DNA of 64,000 nucleotides from Pristiophorus japonicus (Eukaryota): positions 89,156,001-89,220,000 of the forward strand of contig NC_091985.1 of NCBI RefSeq assembly GCF_044704955.1, in the 5' to 3' direction. Of this stretch, positions 25,381-38,109 are shown one piece after another; position 1 is the stretch's first letter; the number at the start of each line of letters is the position of its first letter. The notes under the pieces are model-generated. The model searched no databases. It saw nothing but the letters and a program-made list of their open reading frames with translations, and had not been told where the DNA came from. The translations under genes were made by a program, and so were the position numbers.

Positions 25381-27570
25381 GAGCCAAAGCCAGCTCACTC
25401 CTATCACTCTGCTGGAGAGCAACTTGCTGAATATCAGTGATGCATTGTAAAGCCAAGGATGAGATATCTGCCATCCTGTTTAAGGCAGCAGACATCTCCA
25501 GCACGGCCGTTGTCATGGCCTGTATAGACTCATTTGAGAGTCTGCTCGAAGCTCCATGGCAGACATTTTCACAATTATCTACAGCACCAATCCACTACTG
25601 TTGGGAGTTGGACTCCTCCATCCTCTCCACTATTGTGAAAGAGTGTGCGTGGTACATCTCAGTATCTCGCAAATTTGCTGCTGTACCTCTATCATTCTCC
25701 TCTCAACGATGGCCCCCATGGTTCAACATCTGAGTCCAGCTATGCAGAGCTTGGAGAGGATTGTGCCCCCCGACATGGACTCTCTCTCCACAGTTGTCCC
25801 TGCCACCAGTGTCTGCACGTGCACACTTGTGAATTGTGAATCACCCATCGAAAATTCCAACTAACTCTCTAACTGCACCCACTAAAATCTGCACACATTG
25901 TGATGGTACACACTCGTAAGGAATGAGGTCCTCTGAGGAAAATCGTTGTCATGCATGTCTACAGACTCTTACTCTATGCGTGAAGGCCCTGGAAGACAAA
26001 AGAAAGGGATATCAATTAGTCCTGACAAAGGACCGATCTTGACAATCGCCATACTCAGGCCATTCATAGTTGAGCTATTGATGAAAAAAATCAGCATGTG
26101 TGTCGGAGATATTTATAATTCCCAGTCTCTCTATCTCCAATTGACCGGGACACAGATGTGCCACTTTTCTCCATGGTCTCCTCGTCTGCATCTGTGAGCT
26201 GCACAATTTGAGGTGGGCCACCGCCAATCCTCTCCCTCTCCCTTGCGTTTTGTGCTCTCTTATCTAATCCGCATATAAACCCCACCCCCCCCCCCCATCC
26301 CATTTCGGGACCCACATTTGCATTAATGTTGGGGCCATTGCTAGGGACTTCCACTGATATTGTGGAAAAGCAGTTTCACCCTAGCAACTGAAATTGCAGC
26401 CCAGTATCATTACTACACGAGTGCATGTGCCTTTTTAATTCGTGCAGGTAACAGATTTCACTTAATATTTAACTTTTTCCGAATCCAAAGGAAATTAGTC
26501 GTTTTCTACGTAATGCAGATATGTTTCGGAACCATTAGATAAGTCAGTTTGCAGCTGTGGCTTGTGTCTGGAGCAATTTTATTTCAAGGTTTAATTTGTT
26601 GAGAGGTTTATTCTATACAAATTTTAATATCAGCAGAATGCTAATAAGTTTGAATGGCATCTTAATATCCTTTCTTGTAATTTGACAAAGTTAACCAGTT
26701 AACTGAACATTGATTCCAAAATACATTGTTCAAACATAACTAAGCTGAATTAATTACTTTCTGTATATTTCTTGTAATTTAATGTTACCTAGAATTTTCA
26801 ATTGCATAATTTACTGATTTTATTTGAGCTGTCATTATATGAGATTGGGACAGTTCATCGGAAATCAAAGCCTTTCATTCCAAATATTCAAATTGTATCT
26901 GATACAGCCAAGAACGAAACGACCAAATGATATAATAGTTTTGTGCAAAGGTTATCTTGGTACGCCGAAACCAGTCAATGAAACCTTGCATCAGCTTTTC
27001 AATAAGGACAAGACATGAAACAAAGCGAATCAAATTAGTCGTAATAAATTGATCCCAAAACATAACTGTAATATCTGTAGTACTGGTAATGTCTGCCTGC
27101 TTCCCGACTTCATATTCAAATGTTTAGAAAGTCACAAGCTACACAACAAATTATTGTTCTTCTAGGTCACCTTTTGATCAAATGATTATAACGAAGCTGC
27201 TGATTGTTGTGGCAGGCCGTTAGTACGATGCTGCCATGCCTTAGTATTTATTAGCCAATAATTAAAGGTCCATAACCATTCAAGCAGATGATGTAGAACT
27301 ACAAATAGGGTGTAAAGAAATATTGCTATACTAATTATCTCATGTACAGATTTTATTGGGTGACGTTATTATTGATAAGCTGACTCCTAATTGGAATTCA
27401 GTCTAGTGTAAAGTGGGCACTCAGTATCATCCATAGTTGATTACAAATGCAATTGGAAAAAAAAAATTATTAAAGAGGGCATCATTTTAAATAATTCTGC
27501 AATGAATCGTGCTTGCAGCAGCTGTCTTTGTTAGCTTGCTGGTATGTTTTAAAATAAGACCAGGAGACAG

Positions 27571-28201
27571 TGGCCTGAAAATTCACGAGGCCCCGCTCCA
27601 TTAGCATAACTTATGCAGGCAAAGTCGAACCATCGCACGACCTCACACACAGCCAGAGAACCCCGAGACTCAAAACAAAATGCTTTTTTTGAAAATAAAA
27701 CTCTTTGTCTCACAGCCACTTCAACTAGAGAAGGTAATCAGTCCCCTCTGGGATCAAATATCTTACTCTGGCAAAGGTTTGGGCCCTTGAGAAGGCTTCA
27801 AAGGGACTCAGACCAGGTCTCAACGAGCATTTATTTCCCTGAGGCCTTTAAAGAGTTAAAGGTAGGAATTTCCCAGGGAACCCCGAAAACTCCCCTGACA
27901 CCCCCATTAATGTAGGGGGTGGGCAGATCTGCTCACAGCCCTCCAACCTCCTCCCTCCCCACCGGCCCCACCTCTGACCCCCGTCTGAAATTGAAAGGTC
28001 AGGTTCAAAAGGGGCTGAGCCGGAATCTGGTCCATATTCCACCCGCTCTGGCAAAAATATGATGTATGTCCTCTCGAGCTCCAAGAGTTTCAGGGCCAAT
28101 GTTTCTGTCTCTGTTCTTACTAAACTGGTTGTTGACACTTAACGGTCATGAACAGCTTATTACTGCTATACACATCACAGGCGAGAGTGAAATTCAGGCC
28201 A
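27571..28201. mobile_element. Harbinger-like MITE
   Basis: TIRs TGGCCTGAAAATTCAC / rc TGGCCTGAATTTCAC; perfect TSD CAG. Confidence 0.75.
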
Positions 28202-29102
28202 CAGCAATTGGATCCAAATGAAATTATTATTGAAATATCATAAACCGTGAATTATTACTGGAACATAAAAGTTCAAATGCTGAAATTCTGAATCATTAAT
28301 ATGGGATGATATAATTGTTTGTTCAATTCCAGTCAGCTTGTTGGTAATGACCCTGATAGATTGTAAATGTTAGAGTTGTAGGAAAGGGAACATCTTAAGA
28401 TGTGTGAAATGTTAGAATGTTCGAACCCATACCATGACAATTGCAATTTTTTTTGTCTCTTCCACTCCTGAAGGTACTGCCTTCTTCTGGGCATGCTCCA
28501 CATGCTCCAGTTGTCCTCTGGTACCTTATACTAGTGATTATTCTTTATGTATGGGATAGACAGACAGGGTCTATAAGCTATTTTTCCATGGGGGCATCAC
28601 AGCAATGTCTGATCTTGTCCCCTTGCAACATTCGCACATATAGGCCAGAATTTTGCCGGTGGCCAGAGGACAGGATGGGTGGCGGGTCAGCTGTTAAATT
28701 TAAAATGATTGACAGCACGTCGGGAACCCGCTGTCAACCCTCTGCCCCGCTACTTTCCCAGATGTCGAGACCATCATCGCTGAACAGACCCGACATGCAA
28801 CGGCAGGGGAGGCAATTCACATCATTATCACCTTGTTAAGAGGCTATTAAAAATAATTTTGAGCTGAACTTACCATCTTACCAGGTTATCCACAAGGTTT
28901 ACACAACTCAGGGATCACATCAGGTAAGGACATCAGGAGTTATGTGATCATGAATTCATTTCTTTACTTGACAGCTGTAAATGTGCTATAAAAGCTCCCA
29001 TCTCACAGCTGTTCACTTTCCAAGATCAAAAGCTGTTGCTTACTGCATTTGGAAGACAGATTGAGCTTTATGCAGCTTGCAAGTGTTTGGAGTAAACTCT
29101 CT

Positions 29103-30545
29103 ATCATAGAAACAAAGAAAATAGGTGCAGGAGTAGGTCATTTGGCCCTTCGAGTCTGCACCGCCATTCAATGAGTTCATGGTTGAACATGCAACTTCAG
29201 TACCCCATTCCTGTTTTCTCGCCATACCCCTTGATCCCCCTAGTAGTAAGGACTACATCTAACTCCTTTTTGAATATATTTAGTGAATTGGCCTCAACAA
29301 CTTTCTGTGGTAGAGAATTCCACAGGTTCACCACTCTGGGTGAAAAAGTTTCTCCTCATCTCGGTCCTAAATGGCTTACCCCTTATCCTTAGACTGTGAT
29401 CCCTGGTTCTGGACTTCCCCAACATTGGGAACATTCTTCCTGCATCTAACCTGTCTAAACCCATCAGAATTTTAAACGTTTCTATGAGATCCCTTCTCAT
29501 TCTTCTGAACTCCAGTGAATACAAGCCCAGTTGATCCAGTCTTTCTTGATATGTCAGTCCCGCCATCCCGGGAATCAGTCTGGTGAACCTTCGCTGCACT
29601 CCCTCAATAGCAAGAGTGTCCTTCCTCAAGTTAGGAGACCAAAACTGTACACAATATTCCAGGTGTGGCCTCACCAAGGCCCTGTACAACTGTAGTAACA
29701 CCTCCCTGCCCCTGTACTCAAATCCCCTCGCTATGAAGGCCAACATGCCATTTGCTTTCTTAACCGCCTGCTGTACCTGCATGCCAACCTTCAATGACTG
29801 ATGTACCATGACACCCAGGTCTCGTTGCACCTCCCCTTTTCCTAATCTGAAAGCATTCAGATAATCGTCTGTCTCTCTTTTTACCACCAAAGTGGATAAC
29901 CTCACATTTATCCACATTATTCTGCATCTGCCATGCATTTGCCCACTCACCTAACCTATCCAAGTCACTCTGCAGCCTCATAGCATCCTCCTCGCAGCTC
30001 ACACTGCCACCCAACTTAGTGTCATCCACAAATTTGGAGATACTACATTTAATCCCCTCGTCTAAATCATTAATGTACAATGTAAACAGCTGGGGCCCCA
30101 GCACAGAACCTTGCGGTACCCAGCACTAGTCACTGCCTGCCATTCTGAAAAGTACCCATTTACTCCTACTCTTTGCTTCCTGTCTGCCAACCAGTTCTCA
30201 ATCCACGTCAGCACACTACCCCCAATCCCATGTGCTTTAACTTTGCACATTAATCTCTTGTGTGGGACCTTGTCGAAAGCCTTCTGAAAGTCCAAATACA
30301 CCACATCAACTGGTTCTCCCTTGTCCACTCTACTGGAAACATCCTCAAAAAATTCCAGAAGATTTGTCAAGCGTGATTTCCCTTTCACAAATCCATGCTG
30401 ACTTGGACCTATCATGTCAGCTCTTTCCAAATGCGCTGCTATGACATCCTTAATAATTGATTCCATCATTTTACCCACTACTGATGTCAGGCTGACCAGT
30501 CTATAATTCCCTGTTTTCTCTCTCCCTCCTTTTTTAAAAAGTGTC
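29103..30545 (-). mobile_element. 5'-truncated CR1 LINE
   Basis: RT motifs ([36 protein letters not shown]) and (TTCTATG)-type tail. Confidence 0.93.
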
Positions 30546-31336
30546 ACCTCATTGGAACAACCTATCTTACTACTGACAGATCACATCTGTCATCTCAAAC
30601 TCACCTACCATCTATTACGTTAGCATTGGTGCCCTCAAAACTATCTCACTTTGGTCCTCAAAATCCCACCACGATCAGCCCCAATACCAGCAGCACCAGA
30701 CACACCAGCAGCACCAACAACAACATCAAGTTTCTCCGCAATCAACTGATGCTGCACAGGACACAGGACATCAGCACCCGAGCACATTACTGTCCGGGAC
30801 GCCAGGGATGGCCTCACCATGGCCAGATTTACTTCACTTGATACTGTACACCCTGACTGCCACATGATGTGCCAGGCTGGCATCACCCCACATCATCTCT
30901 AGAAAGCATCCCCTGCGATGACCAAGCCATTTCTTTCACATCATCACCATTGTGGGGGTTACCGATATGTCTCATCATTCACTGCAACTCACTAAACCAC
31001 TTCCAAAGGTGCACACAAAGCTGTTCAACAATGCAAGGGTGTTGAAAATAAAGATTTCAATGTTTGACAGAAAATTAACAGAAACTTTACATGAATATTG
31101 GCTTTAGACCCAAGTGCCTACCCTTGTGTGTTGTTAGTTGGTATGATTGAACTAGGATGAGGGTGAGTGTGAGGGGTGGCTCGTGAGATGGGGAAGTGAT
31201 AATGTAGATAGAGGGATGGGTGGAGTTACAAAGTAAGTTGGTGTGAGTAAGGATGTGCAGGAGTAGGGTAGGGAAGGCAGAGTGATGGGGATGTGATGAG
31301 TGACACAGCAGGATGAGATTGAGTGTGGCTTTGCAG

Positions 31337-31533
31337 TAACATTTCGTGATTCACTGAGATTGTTGAAAGATTTTCACCCTGCTTGTGTCCTCCTGTGCAA
31401 TGTGCAACCAGGCTGCGTTCATCTCCTGGGGAGGTCTCTTCCACCCATTGGAAGGGAAGGGGACCTCATTGTGTGCTGTGACTCCCTCCATAAGCATATG
31501 GAGGGAGTCATGGGAGAGCCTGGGTGCTGCCAT
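31337..31533 (-). pseudogene. Second Myb/SANT-like remnant
   Basis: MAAPRLSHDSLHMLMEGV...KRPPQEMNAAWLHIAQE..SR, then frameshifted FNNL..SR followed by GT; same architecture as exon 1 at 18812-19122. Confidence 0.65.
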
Positions 31534-31789
31534 GCACCTTTGTGCTGTGATTGTCAGTGTTTGCAACACCTCAATGCTGTAGAACACTGACAGCACACTG
31601 TCAACTAAATGTGGACATGGTCCCTTTAAGGAAACTGGCTGATGACGTATCATCAGACCACTTCCTTCAATTGGGCCAGGAAACGTGCTGGATGGGCCTA
31701 ATCAGTATAAAATCATTTCTACACATCGGTCTGGAGCCAGCAGCGGGGTCAGGACATGCCACCGACCCTAGCTGCCCTGAACCCGCCGA

Positions 31790-32545
31790 ATCATAGAATG
31801 GTTACAGCACAGAAGAAGGCCATTCGGCCCTTCAAGCCCATGCTGACTCTCAACTATTCCCACTCCCATGCCCTTTCCCCATAGCCCTGCAAATATTTTT
31901 CCTTCAAATACTTATCTAACTCCCTTTTGAAAGATAAGATTGAGTCTGCCTCCACCAACCTTTCAGGCCGTGCATTCCAGAACCCAACCACTCGCTGCGT
32001 AAAAAGGATTTTTCTTTTGGTTACTCTGCCAATCACCTTAAATCTGTGTCCTCTGGTTCTCGACCCTTCTGCCAATGGGAACAATTTATCTCTATCCACT
32101 CTGTCCAGACCCCTCATGATTTTGAATATCTCTATCAAATCTCCTCTCTGCTCTAAGGAGAACACTCCAGCTTCTCCAGTCTATCCATGTAACTGAAATC
32201 TCTCATTCCTGGAATCATTCTCATAAATCTTTCTGCGCATTATCTAAGGCCTTCTCATCCTTCCTAAATTGCGGTGCCTAGAATTGGACACAATACTCCA
32301 GTTGGGGCTGAACCAGTGTTTACTACAGGTTCACCATAATTTCCACTTTTATATTCCATATTTATGAAGCCCAGATTCCATATTTATGAAGCCCAGGATC
32401 CCATAAGCCTTTTTAACTGCTTTCTCAATGTGCCCTGCCGCCTTCAACGATTTGTGCACACATACCCCCTGGTCTCTCTGTTCGTGCACCCTGTTTAGGA
32501 TTTACCATTTAATTTATATGTCCTCTCCTCATTCTTTCTACCAAA
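31790..32545 (-). mobile_element. CR1 3' fragment
   Basis: RGDLIEIFKIMRG...TRGHRFK...FTQRVV and tail. Confidence 0.88.
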
Positions 32546-32639
32546 ATGACTCAGTGGACTCTGGAAAAAAAATGCACTTCTGCAAAATTGTGTTGCCCTC
32601 TCACATTGGTGGTAAAAGTGATTAAATCAATGAGGGACA

Positions 32640-33075
32640 TTGAGTTATGTGGCGAGACTAGAGAAGCTGAGATTTTTCTCCTTAGAGCAGAGAAGGTAAA
32701 GGGCGATTTAATAGAGGTGTTCAAAATCATGAGGGGTTTTGATAGAGAAAATGGGGAGCAACAGTTTCCACTGGCAGGGCAGTCTGTATTCAGAGGACAC
32801 CGATTTATAATAATTAGCAAAAGGACCACAGGAAAGATGAGAAGAATTTTTTTGCACAATGAATTGTTATGATCTGGAATGCACTGCCTGAAAGGTTGGT
32901 TGTAACAGCATCAGTCGTAACTTTCATTTGGCAATTGGATATATACTTGAAAAGGAAGAATTTTCAGGACCAGACAAGGGAGTGGGACCAATTGGATAGC
33001 TCTTCTAAAGAGCCAGCACAGGCATGATGAATCGAATGGCCTCCTTCTGTGCTCTATGATTATATGATTCTATGA
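32640..33075 (+). mobile_element. CR1 3' fragment
   Basis: GDLIEVFKIMRGFDR; (TTCTATGA)n tail. Confidence 0.85.
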
Positions 33076-33474
33076 TTGGCTTGGAATATTTAGATTGCTT
33101 TCCAGTTCTGTTAGATGATTTGTACATCAAATCAAGAAATAACTAACTCAGTTTGGCAAAATTATTTAATGTCCTATCTGAAATATGAATTTGAACTGTG
33201 ACATTAAATAACATTGCCAAGCTGGGTTGGTTATTTTATTTCTTGATTTAATGTATAAATCATATGAAAGAACTGGAAAGCAATCTGAACATTCCTTGTA
33301 CTGCAGTGAAAGTGAACACTAGTCCATCACTGAGATATATTAATTATTGGGGTCAATTTTCCAGTAAATTTTACAATTAGGGCTCCCACTACGCATTAGT
33401 CCGGAGACCATTATTACACAGATAAGTGTACCGACCCCACTTAATTTTGTGGGATCAGCTTCATTAACATATTG

Positions 33475-34093
33475 ACCCAGAATTTGCAGTCGGAGGCTTC
33501 CCGCGGGCGGATGCCTCCAACCGCAACAATTTCTACGAAAGTATCTGTTGTTCCCGGAGTTTCGGAGACTTCTGGTCCTGGGCCTCCATGCGAAGGCCTG
33601 CATAGAGGCTCATGTATCCCAGCAACCTATGCACTTCGTTCACATCACTGGGATCAGGTGGGCCAGCCCAACTCTCTCATAAGTATGAATGGGAATACTC
33701 CTCCAAAACACACAAGCACTTAAGATAATTTTTTTGAAAAATCACATTTAAAATTAATCAAAATGGAATTTAATTATTGAAAACAAAAATGTATTTAATT
33801 TTTTTTTTACATATTTTAAAGGGTCTAAAAATAAATTTAACCTTATTTAAAAGGATTTTAAATGTTTAAATTATTGAAAAAAGTTTATTATTCTGTGTTT
33901 TAAAAGTCTTACGCTGATAAAAGCAGGCCTTACGCCTCTCTACCCACGGAGGCCCTTCAGTTTTGGAGGCAGGCGACCGTTTGACAGATCACAAGTTCCG
34001 GATCACTTCGTATGCCTAAACCCAGAACCTGTGGGGCCCCTATGGGCACGTGTGCACCTCGTACGCACCCGTGGGGTGCGTGAATTCAGGCCC
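33475..34093. mobile_element. Probable degenerate non-autonomous DNA transposon
   Basis: CpG-rich ends, AT-rich core, TIR-like GACCCAGAATTT / rc GGGCCTGAATTC. Confidence 0.4.
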
Positions 34094-34137
34094 AATCTGG
34101 ACAATATCCTGGACCAGAATTTGGGAGCTCACCAGTG

Positions 34138-35860
34138 GGAGGCTGCGGGCGGGGGGGAGAGAGAGGCAGCGGGCGAGGGAGAGAGAGGCAGCGGGCGAGG
34201 GAGAGAGAGGCAGCGGGCGGAGAGAGAGGCTGCAGGCGAGGGAGAGAGAGAGGCAGCGGGCGAAGGAGAGAGAGGCAGCGGGCGAAGGAGAGAGAGGCAG
34301 CGGGCGGAGAGAGAGGCTGCAGGCGGAGAGAGAGGCTGCAGGCGAGGGAGAGAGAGAGGCAGCGGGCGAGGGAGAGAGAGGCTGCGGGCGAGGGAGAGAG
34401 AGAGGCAGCGGGCGAGGGAGAGAGAGGCAGCGGGCGAGGGAGAGAGAGGCTGCGGGCGAGGGAGAGAGAGGCAGCGGGCGAGGGAGAGAGAGGCTGCGGG
34501 CGAGGGAGAGAGAGGCAGCGGGCGAGGGAGAGAGAGGCTGCGGGCGAGGGAGAGAGAGGCTGCGGGCGAGGGAGAGAGAGAGGCAGCGGGCGAGGGAGAG
34601 AGAGGCTGCGGGCGAGGGAGAGAGAGAGGCAGCGGGCGAGGGAGAGAGAGGCAGCGGGCGAGGGAGAGAGAGGCAGCGGGCGAGGGAGAGAGAGGCAGCG
34701 GGCGAGGGAGAGAGAGGCTGCGGGCGAGGGAGAGAGAGAGGCAGCGGGCGAGGGAGAGAGAGGCTGCGGGCGAGGGAGAGAGAGGCAGCGGGCGAGGGAG
34801 AGAAAAGCAGCGGGCGGAGAGAGAGGCTGCAGGCGAGGGAGAGAGAGAGGCAGCGGGCGAGGGAGAGAGAGGCTGCGGGCGAGGGAGAGAGAGGCTGCGG
34901 GCGAGGGAGAGAAAGGCAGCGGGCGGGAGGGAGAGAGAGGCAGCGGGCGGGGGGAGAGAAAAGCAGCGGGCGAGGGAGAGAAAGGCAGCGGGCGGGAGGG
35001 AGAGTGAGGCTGCAGGCGAGGGAGAGAGAGGCAGCGGGCGAGGGAGAGAAAGGCAGCGGGGGGGAGAGAGAGGCAGCGGGCGAGGGAGAGAAAGGCAGCG
35101 GGCGGGAGGGAGAGAGAGGCTGCAGGCGAGGGAGAGAGAGGCAGCGGGCGAGGGAGAGAAAGGTAGCGGGCGGGAGGGAGAGAGAGGCAGCGGGCGGGGG
35201 GAGAGAGAGGCAGCGGGCGAGGGAGAGAAAGGCAGCGGGAGGGAGAGAGAGGCAGCGGGCGAGGGAGAGAAAGGCAGCGGGGGGGAGAGAGAGGCAGCGG
35301 GTGGGGGGAGAGAGAGGCAGCGGGCGAGGGAGAGAAAGGCAGCGGGAGGGAGAGAGAGGCAGCGGGCGAGGGAGAGAAAGGCAGCGGGGGGGAGAGAGAG
35401 GCAGCGGGTGGGGGGAGAGAGAGGCAGCGGGTGGGGGGAGAGAGAGGCAGCGGGCGAGGGAGAGAAAGGCAGCGGGGGGGGGAGAGAGGCAGCGGGCGGG
35501 GGGAGAGAGAGGCAGCGGGCGAGGGAGAGAAAGGCAGCGGGGGGGGGAGAGAGGCAGCGGGCGGGGGGAGAGAGAGGCAGCGGGCGAGGGAGAGAAAGGC
35601 AGCGGGAGGGAGAGAGAGGCAGCGGGCGAGGGAGAGAAAGGCAGCGGGGGGGAGAGAGAGGCAGCGGGTGGGGGGAGAGAGAGGCAGCGGGCGAGGGAGA
35701 GAAAGGCAGCGGGGGGGGGAGAGAGGCAGCGGGCGGGGGGAGAGAGAGGCGGCGCGCGAGGGAGAGAAAGGCAGCGGGCGGGGGGGAGAGAGAGGTTGCA
35801 GGCGGGGGGGGAGAGAGAGGCAGCGGGGGGGAGAGAGAGGCAGCGGGTGGCAGAGAGAGA
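34138..35860 (+). repeat. Minisatellite, about 22-bp unit GGC(A/T)GCGGGCGAGGGAGAGAGA (roughly 75-80 copies)
   Basis: Directly visible tandem array with unit variants. Confidence 0.97.
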
Positions 35861-36510
35861 GAGAGAGACACTGGGACCGAGGGGGGAAAGAGACATAGGG
35901 GGCCGGGGGAGAGAGACACAGGTGGAGAAGGAGAGAGAGAGACACAGGGGCGTGGAGAGAGAGAGACATGTGGGGAGGGGGAGAGAGAGACACGGGGGGG
36001 GAGAGACACGGGGGGTGTGAAGAGAGAGAGACACGGGGGGGATGGAGAGAGAGACACGAGGGGGGGAGAGACACGGGATGTGTGAAGAGAGAGAGACACG
36101 GGGGAGAGAAAGACACGAGGGAGAGAGAAAGACACGGTGGGGGGAGAGCGAGAGAGAGACACGGGGGGGTGGCAGAGAGAGAGACACAGGGGATGTAAGA
36201 GAGAGAGACATGGGGGGAGCGATAGACACTGTGTGGGGGGAGAGAGAGACAGGAGGGGGATAAGAAAGAGAGACACGGGGTGGGTAAGGGAGAGAAACAC
36301 AGGGGGGGAGAGAGAGACAGGAGGGGGATAAGAAAGAGAGACACGGGGTGGGGGTGGGTAAGAGAGAGAGACACGGGGGGCGGAGAGAGAGACAGGAGGG
36401 AGGGAGAGAGAGAGACACGAGAGAGGGAGAAAGAGAGAGTCACGAGGTGGGTGAGAGAGAGAGAGAGATACGGCGGGGGGGAGAGAGAGGAAGCAGGAGA
36501 GGGGAGAGAG
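35861..36510 (+). repeat. Degenerate GA-rich repeat (GAGAGAGACACGGGGG-like)
   Basis: Purine-rich continuation of the minisatellite. Confidence 0.9.
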
Positions 36511-36689
36511 GGAATTCAGGGAAGACGGATCACGTTCTTCCAACTCCCTCCTTATTTCTCAGAATGCTCGGTGCATGTGTTACAAGGGATAACATTGGAG
36601 TGGATAAAACCCAGAATTCACGACACTGTTATTATTCGCTTCATACCCAATAAACCTGTTAACAATCCGTGACCCACACTCAATGCCTC

Positions 36690-37010
36690 ATCTATGGCGT
36701 GAGGGGGCGGGAGCACTTGCATTGGGATAATGGACTTTGGTTGGGGGAGGCAGCACTTGCGCTGGGGTTAGGGACTTGGGTTGGAACTTGGGAGGCTTTT
36801 GCTGGGTTGGTTGAGATCTATCCTCTCTGGCTTCTGAAGTCAAAATGGATTGAATTACAATTTGCAAAGTTAGTCAGAATTAGGGCTGTGCAGTTCCAGT
36901 TACACATTCCAGAGAAACTTCAGGGTGTGGCTTATCCTCTAAGGGTATAATCAGCAATCGGTCATGTGATAATGGAAAGCCAATCAAAGACAATGCGGCC
37001 ATTTTGGTAG
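36690..37010. promoter_or_regulatory. Promoter-like motif cluster
   Basis: GC box GGGGGCGGGA (about 36702), ATTGG (36721), GTCATGTGA (36961), GCCAATCA (36978), YY1-like GCGGCCATTTTG (about 36995). Confidence 0.35.
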
Positions 37011-37340
37011 TACAAATAAGCGTGTCCTACATTTAATATGTACTTCATAGACCGTAGAGCTCTTTGAGACATCCGTTGATCGTGAAAGGCGCTTTTTAAA
37101 TCCAAGTCTTTCTTTCTTTAGCCTTTTCTGAGGTTATTTGGGTAACAAAAATCCCCGATAAAACCCAGTAGCTCATTAAGTAATTAACCCTGCAAACAGA
37201 GGAGGTAATTTTGACTTTGGGTGGCCGTGTAAAACCGACAATATCGATTCACCCGTTATATATCACTCCTGATTTTCATTTCCATTGAAGTGGCACAAGG
37301 GGTATTTTACCAGGATGTAACTGAATTGCTGCATCAGAAA

Positions 37341-37436
37341 TAAAAACAGAAAATACCAGAAATCTCAATGGGTCAGGCAGCATCTGTAAAGAGCAACAGA
37401 GTTAACGTTTCGGGTCGATGACCCTTCATCAGCACC
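37341..37436 (-). mobile_element. Penelope-like terminal repeat fragment with minimal hammerhead motif
   Basis: Homologous to 57215-57300 and 51546-51632; minus strand CTGATGA-A-GGGTC-ATC-GACCC-GAAACGTT-AACT. Confidence 0.75.
37400..37436 (-). ncRNA. Minimal type I hammerhead ribozyme motif
   Basis: Core, stem II and palindromic stem III (ACGT) intact; stem I has a mismatch next to the core. Confidence 0.6.
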
Positions 37437-38109
37437 TGCATCTGCACCTGAAAGTTAGTTATGTGGAATGTCAAACCAATAGCCTGTTCCATTGTTTGAC
37501 CATGTCTTTCGTTGTAGAATGATATAGCATCAAACTATAACTACAACTTTACCAAGAAATAGAATCCGAAATGGCAAAAGTCTTCCTGTTTGCCCAAGGT
37601 GCAGAACATTTAATGGAGGTCATTTCCAAATGACTTGGTCAACAGCCTTTCATATTATAGATTGAGATTAACAACCAAATGTTTTATCTTTGGAAGAAAC
37701 TAAAGAGGAATTTTGTCTTTCAGTCCTTGTTAAGGCGCTGTGGCTGTGTTTAACAATATCAATGTGGCTTTGCTGTGACTTCTCCACACTTGCAATCTTT
37801 TTCACAGATTGTTGGAGGGGGCACTTAGTTCTGGTGGCTGGATGCCCAGTAAGTAATATTTTGGATTTTTGCCTGTTTTTCTTAAAGTTATTTATACTTT
37901 CTCTTTTTTTGCAGATAATCAGCTGTCAATACTGGACACATCCAAGGTGTGAGATTTTCAGTTGCAAGAGTCCACTTGTGTAAGAAGATAACTGTAGCTA
38001 AAAGCAGCAACTGCATCTGTCACATCTGTCACATGTGCTGCAGGGGATGGCCAAGTGATAATAATGCACTCTTCATTCCTCCTCCCTTTTGCCCTATTTT
38101 CCATAGAAA

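Larger units (their letters stand above)
28642..31789. mobile_element. Decayed Harbinger-like element with Myb-like remnant, interrupted by CR1
   Basis: Left TIR-like AGGCCAGAATTTT; Myb-like exon on the minus strand at 31337-31533; possible transposase C-terminus (VRDARDGLTMARF) about 30792-30835. Right end is lost at a CR1 tail. Confidence 0.5.

Noticed and set aside
25430-26350. Possible further Harbinger Myb C-terminal exon or MITE remnants
   Set aside because: Too degenerate to define TIRs, TSD or a protein motif.
32355-32395. 22-bp tandem duplication (also a 16-bp one near 39716-39747)
   Set aside because: Ordinary slippage or repair duplications.
34138-35860. CRISPR-like array
   Set aside because: Contiguous tandem units with no unique spacers, in a eukaryotic context.
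34031-36543. 650-800 aa ORFs in several frames on both strands
   Set aside because: Artefact of a minisatellite that cannot form stop codons; low-complexity translations.
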